Shown piece by piece: positions 22,725 to 31,535 of a stretch of 45,815 nt of DNA. A program made the translations under genes and the position numbers. How positions within the stretch are numbered: the stretch's first letter is position 1; each line of letters opens with the position of its first letter. Under the pieces are notes generated by a model. It saw nothing but the letters and a program-made list of their open reading frames with translations, had not been told where the DNA came from and made no database searches. The DNA is from Folioceros fuciformis (Eukaryota), in contig JBNGIO010006178.1 in NCBI GenBank assembly GCA_049999805.1, positions 114,240 to 160,054 on the forward strand, written 5' to 3'.

Positions 22725-24329
22725 TTATTCGAAAGCCCTGCCAAACCCAAAGTCCCTCGTGTCTTTGATGCTGGGTCTCTTGGGCTGCGGCTGGCCGGGC
22801 TGCTGGGCCTGGCGGCGAATCATGTCCACCACCTTCTGCGACAAAGCGGGGTTCTTGTTCATGTCGTAGTTCAACCACGGATTTCCCACATCCTGGTAGA
22901 CGTAACCAAGCTTGAAGCTGTCGACGGAATCCGACACCTTCACCTTCACCAAGTCTCCCATCTCGTCGTAGAGAACGAATTCGGCGTCATACCAGTCGGG
23001 GTCATCGTAATTATCCCGCCCTAGGCTCTGCAGGAGAGAAGAGGAGAGGAAAGGCAAGGAATTTAAGTATCATGTGGGCCAAGGAAGGTGGAAGCCTAAT
23101 GTCGCCATTCCGGGCACGACGTGAAGGAGTACTATCTTACCCTCCACACGTCCCAGAGGCGATCCACGTTCCCGTGGTGGCCGAAGAACACCGGGTCCCG
23201 TGCCGCAGTGTAGGCGGAGCCCATGTCTTCCTTGTGCGACATGCTGTTGTCGCCGGACCAGAAATGGATGCTCCCGTGCGGCCCGCTCTCGAAGTAGCCG
23301 GCGTAGAACGGGGTGTCCTCCCCGGCCCTCTGCGGGTAGGAGAAGAGAATGTCCCTATCGTCCCGGGACTCGTGCACCAGGATCTGGTGCAGGAACGCGG
23401 AATTCAGCTCCCGAATCTCGTCGTCTGCAGAGTCCAACAGGGGGCAGTGTCAGACCTCAACAGCCATCGCCACAGACAGCCGAGTGACGGACTGATGCTC
23501 CCCTCCCGCACATCACCTGTTGCAACGGATATGTCGAAGGAGGTCTTGTAGGAGAGGTTGACAATGTTCTTCCCCTTGGTGTTTCCGACATCCCTCACGG
23601 CATCGTACAGCGCGGGGTACTTGACAGGGTCGTTGAAAATGGCCGGCACGCAGTTGGCCAGAGGCTCGTCAGGGGACTGATTGTCCCAGTTCCAATACGG
23701 CAGCGCAAAGTCCACATCTCCCACCATCGTGCCCAGTATCCTCTCGTAGAAATACAAATACCTGTGACCACCACACCAACAGCATCACCACCACCCGTCA
23801 CACCAGCTCAGGCAGCACACCAGCAGCAACGCGGTCAGACAAACAGTGCCACCCACCAGCGGTGGAAGGGCAGGAGGAGCCAGTTCTTGTGGATGCCGTA
23901 GTCCGCGGTGCTGTTCTTCTGGTCCCGCAGCCAGGGGTGGCCGTAGAGGCAGTGCAGATTGGACTGCTGTAACCACGAGCGGGGGTCGTCGCTCGGGAGG
24001 TCCCGCATCAGCTGAAATGCTCGGTTGAGCTTCTCGGCGTAGTCCTCGGACACAAGGTGCGCGGCGGGTCGGACCTTAATCCTGTCGTTGGAGAATTTGG
24101 TCTGCTTGAGATACGTCTGGTAGTCCTTAACCATGGGCGGCTGGTGGATGAGCTCATGCAGGGTGCAGCAGTTGTACTCCTCCTCCATATCCAGGGTGAC
24201 GGGGCGGCAGGTGGAGAAATCGGCCTCGATGGGCGCCCCCTCCGCAACCCAGGCCAGAGGCGGCTGCAGCACCAGCACCAGCACCAGCACCAGCACGGGG
24301 AGAGCTGGTACCGCCCACCTTGACGCCAT
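22725..24329 (-). CDS. PPO: Polyphenol oxidase / tyrosinase with secretory signal peptide, 4 exons, apparently lacking the KFDV C-terminal domain
   Basis: CuA: WLQQSNLHCLY...IHKNWLLLPFHRW|YLYFYERILG; FALPYWNWD; CuB: PHGSIHFWSG...DMGSAYTAARDPVFFGHHGNVDRLW; DWL-like module DPDWYDAEFVLYDE...LGYVY. Exons 24329-23855, 23761-23517, 23424-23141, 23027-22725. Confidence 0.93.
24267..24296 (-). repeat. (GTGCTG)5 hexamer repeat encoding VLVLVLVLVL in the PPO signal peptide
   Basis: CAGCAC x5 on the + strand, in frame with the PPO N-terminus. Confidence 0.92.
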
Positions 24330-25392
24330 GGCTCTCCTCGAATTGCCAACTCCGGCTCACCGGGAGGGCATATCAAGGGAGAGCGGAAATCTCCGTTCCA
24401 TCGGGCGGGAACCCCGTTGGCGAGGTGGGGTTAGGAAAGAGAGGCCACAAACGCCTTTTGCAAGTCACGACCGGGTCGTCCGTGCTTTCTTGTCGATTTC
24501 TCCCTCCAGCCGCCCAACGGGGAAGCATCATCACGTCAGTGCGAGCCCTGGAACGCTCTTTTGTTTCGTTGTGTTTGACGGCTACTCATCTCAAACTGGA
24601 GTGAGGAGCATGCATAAGTGATCAGACGACCAGCCGTCGAAGCAGCTGCGCAAACCTTTCCTCTGTACGGGAGTCACGCAGGAAGCCTTGTCACCTGCTG
24701 GGTTTGCAGTGGCACACGTCGCCCGCCATTCTTTAATCCAACTCCCTTGTGAGGGCCTGTGCGTCCCTTGTGCGACGCAGCCACTGCCTGCTTCCCGGAT
24801 CCCTTCGGCATGACTTTTCTTGCCTGGCTTGCTTCCGTGTCCTGCTTTTATTCGCTGCACCCCTTATCTCGACGTCTCTCCGCAGGAACAAAATGCTATG
24901 CATATTAACCGGTATCAACTGGAGGACAAGAAAAAAATCCAGAAAAAACAAGAACATTGAGCAATGTCTTTTGTATCTAGCTACATAAAAAATTGGGTTA
25001 ATGCTTGCCTATGCATGCACAATCTTATATATTATAAGGAATCAAAAGAATGAAAAGCTTTGTCCAACAGTCATGCACTCTTTGATTAATTTTCAGGGGA
25101 CATTCGAGTACGAATCTTGAAAGTCTCAAGAGGTAGTGGTTCATGAGTGGAGGAGGATATCTTGGACAATAGAGGAATCATATGCGTCTTGTGGCTCTTA
25201 TGCGTTTGTATATTAATTTATTATTACCCTTTAATTTTTTAATTATACAACATTACTATTTTATCATTTTTTTGTTATGTTCAAAAAATGTCTCATATTA
25301 TATAGTTGTTCTTATGTGACACAAAACTAAAAAGTGTCTTGTGTTTGATACAAGGAATGCTATTGTGAGTTCTTCACTTTGTTGCTGGCAAG

Positions 25393-25495
25393 CACTCCGA
25401 ATTCATCTTTTTGTCACCATTGTCTTTGAAGATTTCGGCAAAGGACACTCCAAATTCATCTTTTTGTCACCATTGTCTTTGAAGATTTCGGCAAA
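25393..25495. repeat. Near-perfect tandem duplication (53-bp period) in an AT-rich intergenic tract
   Basis: CACTCC[G/A]AATTCATCTTTTTGTCACCATTGTCTTTGAAGATTTCGGCAAA at 25393 and 25446. Confidence 0.93.
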
Positions 25496-25808
25496 TGATA
25501 GTATGGATTGTTTTGAATTAATTCTACCTTACAAATATACTAAAACTTTCAATAGATGATTGTATGCACAATGCACAAAACTGAGGGAATGCATGCAACA
25601 CTCTATGATTACCTTTGGAAAAAGGATGCAAAGAACGCTATGTGACTAGCTTTCAAAAGACCAAGGAAGACTGAATTAGTATGAAGAACATAAAGACTAT
25701 ATTTATTGAAACAAGGTGGTGAAAGGCTTCCCAAAATGCCCTTTTTACAATCAAATGCGAGAAGCAGGAATACGGCAGAAATCCGTTGGTGGGCACGTAC
25801 AATCCTCA

Positions 25809-27716
25809 CTACGACGTGTAGACGAGACCAGTAGCCTGCTGGGTAGACAGCCCGTATAGGGCCGAATATTTTTGGGAGAGGTAGCTAAGGAAGCAGGCAG
25901 GGTCCAGAGGCTTGCCAGTCACTTTCTGAACCAGCTCGTCTGGTGTTTCATACAATGAACCCACAGAATGGACGTGCATTCTTAGCCATTCCCTGAGGGG
26001 CAGGAACTTCCCCTCTCCGATGTTCTTCCTCAAGTCTGGCATATCTCTCTCCGCTGCCTCGAAGAACTGGGATGCGTACACAGCCCCGATGGTGTAGGTA
26101 GGGAAGTAGCCCAGTAGTCCGACTCCCCAGTGCACGTCCTGGAGGCAGCCCTCTGAGTCGTTGCTGGGAGAGATTCCCAGATACTCCTCCAGCTTCTGGC
26201 TCCATACCTGAGGGATGTCCCGTACCGCCAGGCTGCCATCCAGCAACCCCTTCTCTATCTCGTACCGCACCAACACATGCAGAGGGTACGAGATCTCATC
26301 AGCTTCCACTCGGATCAAGCCGGGATGGACCTCGTTGATCACTCTGTAGAACAGCTCAGGCTCGCTGGAGGGCAGTGACGAGAAGCTTCTCAGAACAGCA
26401 GGCCAGTAGTGGTCCCAGAATTCCCGGCTCATCCCCACCATCCTCTCCCATAGCAGGGACTGGCTCTCATGGAGCCCCATCCCTGGTGCCCTAGACACAG
26501 GCAGCCCTTCCCTGGATGCCACCAGGTCTCGCCCTTGCTCGTACAGGCCGTGTCCAGCCTCGTGCAGCGAGGAGCGGATAGCTGGCGCCAGTTCAGTCTC
26601 GCTGTACCGTGTCGTGAGCCTCACATCCACAGGGCTGGCGATGAAGACGGTCATGGGATGTGCTCCCTCATCTAGTCGTCCCCTTTCCCAGTCAAACCCG
26701 ATCTCCTCCACAAGCCTCCTGGACAGCCGTCGTTGCGTCTCCAACGAGAATCTCCCGTTGAACAAGTCATTCGACTCCAGGAACTTCCTGTCCGGCCTGG
26801 ACGACGTCTCCGAGATCCTTTCAATTAACGACACCAGCGGCCCCTTGATGGCCCCGAACAGATTGTCCAACTTCTCCCTTGTCAGCCCCCGCTCGAACTT
26901 GTCCAGGCAGTAGTCATACACATCCATGCCCGGGGGAGCCACAGCAGCAGCCTCCTCCTTCACGATCTCCACCCACTCCTCCAGCACGGGGGCGAACAGG
27001 CTGAACTGGCCTACCTTCCTGGCCTGCTTCCAGGCCTCCACCCCCCGGCACTTGAGCACTGCAATCCGCTGCTCCAAAGCTGCAGGCATCCTCACCGCAA
27101 TGTGGTAATCCCGGGCGGCTTCCCTAACCGCCGCAGCCTCGCAAGCCGTGAACCCCTGCTGCTGCAAATCCCCCGCCTTCCGCAGCGCCTCCAGCAGCTC
27201 CCCGATTTCGGGATCCATCCTCTGCGAATGCAAGGCCTTGGCCACGGCTGCCTGCTGCGCCCCTCGAGCCTCTGCACCCTTGGCCGGGAGGAACACCTCC
27301 TGGTCCCATGTCAGCAGATTGCTCACCCCCTCCAACGCGTCGATCTCCTTGAGCTTCACTTTCAGGCTGTTGAAAGCCTCGCGAGGATGCACCAAGCCGG
27401 ACTCCTCCGCCACCCCCATGGCCGCCCTCGCCTGAGCCCTCCCCACGGCAGCCCTTGGAATTCTCCTTCCCCCGCTTGCGCTCTCCCCAAAACCTAGCCT
27501 CGCAACCGCCTCCCGCCCGCGCTCGTTCCGCGCGAACCCCGTGGCCAGGGGCAGCCTCCCCGAGCTCTCCCCCGCGAAGCACGATCTGGACGAGCTCTGC
27601 GCGGGGTACAGCCCAGGGGTGGAACAAGGGAAGGAATGGGGGCTTGCATGGGATTCAGGAACGGAAGTTGACGCTGCAGCGCCGAGCAGGGAGGGACAGT
27701 ACCCCGCTACCGCCAT
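25809..27716 (-). CDS. M32 family metallocarboxypeptidase (carboxypeptidase Taq-like) with putative plastid transit peptide, intronless
   Basis: LLTWDQEV, AHP, DVRLTTRY, HEAGHGLYEQG (HEXXH), HESQS, IRVEADE, GCLQDVHW, GYFPTY. Ser/Ala/Arg-rich ~100-aa N-terminal extension from ATG 27716; the ORF stays open upstream to 27896. Confidence 0.93.
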   Translation of the reverse strand: MAVAGYCPSLLGAAASTSVPESHASPHSFPCSTPGLYPAQSSSRSCFAGESSGRLPLATGFARNERGREAVARLGFGESASGGRRIPRAAVGRAQARAAMGVAEESGLVHPREAFNSLKVKLKEIDALEGVSNLLTWDQEVFLPAKGAEARGAQQAAVAKALHSQRMDPEIGELLEALRKAGDLQQQGFTACEAAAVREAARDYHIAVRMPAALEQRIAVLKCRGVEAWKQARKVGQFSLFAPVLEEWVEIVKEEAAAVAPPGMDVYDYCLDKFERGLTREKLDNLFGAIKGPLVSLIERISETSSRPDRKFLESNDLFNGRFSLETQRRLSRRLVEEIGFDWERGRLDEGAHPMTVFIASPVDVRLTTRYSETELAPAIRSSLHEAGHGLYEQGRDLVASREGLPVSRAPGMGLHESQSLLWERMVGMSREFWDHYWPAVLRSFSSLPSSEPELFYRVINEVHPGLIRVEADEISYPLHVLVRYEIEKGLLDGSLAVRDIPQVWSQKLEEYLGISPSNDSEGCLQDVHWGVGLLGYFPTYTIGAVYASQFFEAAERDMPDLRKNIGEGKFLPLREWLRMHVHSVGSLYETPDELVQKVTGKPLDPACFLSYLSQKYSALYGLSTQQATGLVYTS

Positions 27717-27975
27717 TAGACGAGTCGTGCGGCCTGCGTTTTTGGGCCAGGGAGGAAAGCTAGAGCGAAGCGTGCCGGTTGCAGGACCTGGTGACCAACC
27801 ATCGGCATGCGCCCAACTCCTGCCGCATCTTGTGATCTTGCGCGCATCGGGCGCTTGGGCACCGCCCCTTGTGCATCGCGGAGGTGGGCAGTCCACAACC
27901 TGGCTCTATTGTGATGGCTCTGGTGCGCCAGAGCATCTTGTGAGGGTGTGCGTCTCGTGTGTAGAATTTTGCGGA

Positions 27976-29539
27976 ATGGCAGAGTCCGAGGCAGTGGAAG
28001 AGGCGGCATTGGAGCTCTGGAAGGCTAAGGTGGCGTCGCGCAATCTTCCCGAGTCCCTGGCTCACGGGGCGGATAGTGCTGAGAGGTCTATCTGCGTGCT
28101 GGGCATGTGCGCTTGGTGCTCAATGTTGGAGGCTCGTGCTGGGTGTGGGATTGTGCTTCCTGGCATGCACCACGGGCATGATTGTCATCCTTCTGTTGCT
28201 TCTTCAGAGACAAGGCCTTACAGCAGCTGTCGCAAGTTAGGCTAGACAGGGAATGCATTGCTGCTTTGGTGCCGGCAGTGTTTGTTTTCCTTCCCCGCCT
28301 ATCCAGCCTGTACTTGCAGCAGGTTGCTTCGAATATCTCGCTCCGGCGCCGGAGTGTCTGTCTGTTTTGCCGCGCGGTGGAGTTCCATCTGTGGCTTACC
28401 TTGTTGATGGACTGTGGCCTGCAGAACCAGCTCAAGAGCTTGAGGGGGATTGAAGCGGCCAAGCAATTACGGTTCTTGACTGTTGCTGGGAATCAGCTTA
28501 GCTCAATTGAGTGCCTCACAGACTTGCGGGACCTCATGTTTTTGGACGTTTCCGACAACTCGATTGAGCATTTGGCCGTTGGCAAGTGCTCTAAAGTCCC
28601 AATCCAGTGTCACCTGAACTGGACCCTGCTGCTTGCCTTTCTCATGATGCCCCGACCATGTCTCAATACCTTACAGATGAGGAGCTTCCCAAAGCATTGA
28701 GGTTCTTGAATGTGGCTAATAATCCCTGTTGGGGAGTTCATCAGGATGCACTCCTTAACTCCCTGATCGAGTGCCTTCCAAACTTGAAAGAGGTGGATGG
28801 AGTTCCCATTGAAAACTCGAGACAGTGTGCCAAGACGAGGTGGGATAGCTTCCACTTTGGTTGGGGTCAGCAAGGACCTTCCGACTGCTTCTTACTGACC
28901 CATGGCTTGTGAACCCCAGCCCGTCCGATCCCGATCTTGGAGGTGAGGACTCTGACGGAGGTGCAGATTCTGAATACGAGTATCCGATTCTTGCAGCTGA
29001 TGAGGCTTTCCTGGAAGAGATAGAGAGGACCATGTCTGACGATCCACTAATGGATGGGGCACTTGGTCATCGCCCAACAGAACGCTGCTGCACAGACGCT
29101 GGTTTGAACTTCAATGTTGATAAGGCCCTGGGTCAGGATGCAGGTTAGAAACTCTCGCAAGTGAGGAAACGAAGCTCCATTCTTTCAGGCTCCAGGATTA
29201 TTTGCTTGCCTCTCAACCTTAACGTCCATCACCTTTGCAGTTCAGTCCCTGTTCCAATTGAAGTCCCAGCTCCTGCACAAGAGCTTTGAGGAGATCCTGC
29301 AACGATCTCGAACCCGACTCCAGGAGGTGAGCAAATGTGCTTCCGTTCACTTCACAAGAATTCTGTTGGAAGTTGGATCCTATTCTGAGCCAGCTACCAC
29401 AATGTAGCAGATTCAGGAGGTTGACCGGGCCCGACCTAGTCAAAAATTTAAGAAAGGCGAAGCCCGTGAAAAGCTGTTGGACTATCTTTCAGCAAGTTCG
29501 CTTGCCAAAGAACTAGCATCGCAAGGAGCAGAACCATGA
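27976..29539 (+). CDS. SDS22-class leucine-rich-repeat protein, LRRC46-like, ~7 exons
   Basis: VRLDRECI...LSSLYLQQ|NQLKSLRGI...LRFLTVAGNQL...LMFLDVSDNSI...|DEELPKALRFLNVANNPC...LPNLKEVDG (LRR cap), then an acidic region and helical tail. Exons 27976-28085, 28208-28322, 28425-28581, 28677-28839, 28920-29143, 29241-29326, ~29408-29539. Confidence 0.8.
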
Positions 29540-30375
29540 CTCTTTAAACGACCTGCCCACTGCGCATGCCGGGAAGATCACTATGCGAGGAAAACCTCCT
29601 TCACGAGATATAGCTTCAACTTGCGCGTCCTAGTGAAGAAAAGTGCCCCTCCCGTCACACTTCCCCTTCACCTTACCTTCAAGTATCAACTACACCATTA
29701 TGTTTCTCCACCTTCGCCGTGGATTCCAAGCCAGGTGATAGAGCATCAATAGCCTGGTACCACGGACTTCGATTCCGAAAGGAAACCATTTGGTGAGAGC
29801 CACCTCCCAGCTCTTGATACAATTCGTCACTTCACGCGATGTGCTCTAAGGGAAAACACACTTTGATTGAAACACAAATCCCTTCCTCAGTTCCAACACG
29901 CTTGCGCGGGTCACAGTCTCGGAGCAGAGATGTGGAATCTCACCAATCTGCGATCCCTAATCGAATTCAAGCACCTGAATTTCATCAGGCATGCCGTTAC
30001 ACTCAGATTCTGTATTCCACATTCCCGCGGTAGCTCCACAACGATGGCGATCTACAATCCGTGGGAGCGAATCGTGAAAGGGGGGAATCCGGGTTTGAGT
30101 GCGCTGATCCAAATTCTAGTAAAGCACAAATGCACACACAGGACCATCGAGAGCAATTGCGCTTCCATGCTCCTTCCCATACTCAAGCCGCTCCTTGTGG
30201 ACGAACCCGAAGAGAATGCTCCCCCACCTGTCTGCAACCACCAAGTCCCCTAACGAAGTTAACCACTTGCAATTCAGCAAGACAATGCGACCACCAGGGT
30301 TGTTATCACGTACTTGCAGGGGATGACGCCTAGCACCATGCCGATCTGGCAGCTCCCAAAAAACACCCTCCCGAC

Positions 30376-30999
30376 TCAGTCTTTCAGGCTGGATGTAAGC
30401 CGTCGTGTGGAAGCATGAAGGACGAAGACCACGAAACCAAGCAACCCTGTCCAGAAAACCACATGCCCAATTTTGGTGTACACCAACAACACCCAGGCCG
30501 TTGCCTGCCCAATGAACGACAGGGCCATCATCCGTTTACTCCCCCCGGTCAGTCCCCAAGATGCAGCACACATCCTGATTCCATCCAACACTCCAACGAT
30601 GGCCAACAGCCCTAAAATCGCGATGGGAATATTGTAGAGCAAGATGAGGAAGATGACCAAGAGCAGCACCAAGTAGTTCCCGCTATACTTCTTCAAGTTC
30701 TCCCGCATCCGCAACTGAACCTGGGAACCGCTGTGAGGCCAGGAATAAGAATCTGCCGGCCCGTTGCCGCAGTCCCAGAACTCCCCTGTCCATGAGGCCG
30801 GTGGTCTAGCAAGATCTTCCACTGTCAAAACGGAGAAGGGATTGAAGCACACCGCCTGCCACAATGCAAAGACTGAGCCTTGGCCAGCAAGATGAGCTCG
30901 CTCGAGCACAGACGAATCCAGGAGCCCCCGCTCCTGCAGCGATGCCTCCAAGGCAGATTGCGGGAGGCTCAGCGACAGAGGGTTCTCTTTGAAGGACAT
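30376..30999 (-). CDS. PRA1H: PRA1 family protein H (prenylated Rab acceptor), intronless CDS
   Basis: MSFKENPLSLSLP...NPFSVLT...WTGEFW...SYSWP...LRMRENLKKYSGNY + hydrophobic helices + LHASTRRL. Confidence 0.85.
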   Translation of the reverse strand: MSFKENPLSLSLPQSALEASLQERGLLDSSVLERAHLAGQGSVFALWQAVCFNPFSVLTVEDLARPPASWTGEFWDCGNGPADSYSWPHSGSQVQLRMRENLKKYSGNYLVLLLVIFLILLYNIPIAILGLLAIVGVLDGIRMCAASWGLTGGSKRMMALSFIGQATAWVLLVYTKIGHVVFWTGLLGFVVFVLHASTRRLTSSLKD

Positions 31000-31535
31000 T
31001 ACGCATCTTCTGCTCCGCCCCCGCAGACCCAAGTTGTCGGCCTCCTCGTCCCCCTTGTTCCCAGGATGATAGGTGGTCTGCCCTCACCGTAAAAGGGTCA
31101 TCATCCCCTCGTGCGTCATGTCCAAACGGAACTACTCACATACACATGTGTAAGTACCGTATATTGAAGGCCTTTAATTTTTATTTTATTTGGGTACATA
31201 TGACCAAGTTAGCTTGTAGCTAGGTGAGGCATTAACTTTTCGACATCACCTAACTCCAATTCATTGAATTCCTCCAAAAACTCGGATGGACCAATAAGTG
31301 CATATTCCGCCGTTGATACTTTTCGATTTCCAACCACAACGAAGGACCCCTGGACGCATCGAGAAATAATAACCACATCAACAAACTGGGACAGGAACAT
31401 CCACCGGTGTGGCGTTATTCGCACAATATGATTCCAAGAGATGGATTATGGTGAAGAGATGCTCACCAGTTCTGATCGACGGTGTTAACACTTTACAGGA
31501 CGAGTCCAGGGTATTTACACATTACCTGGACTCAG

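Noticed and set aside
25393-25495. Possible CRISPR-like repeat
   Set aside because: Only two adjacent copies, no spacer, eukaryotic context, no cas genes.
15275-27716. CtpA, RMT2, HNH-like, PPO and M32 as a functional cluster or HGT island
   Set aside because: Unrelated functions and compartments, several have normal spliceosomal introns, and proximity is explained by genome compactness.
27541-28245. 234-aa + ORF spanning the M32 start and LRR exon 1
   Set aside because: Only 27976-28085 is plausible coding sequence; the rest is antisense to M32 or intronic.
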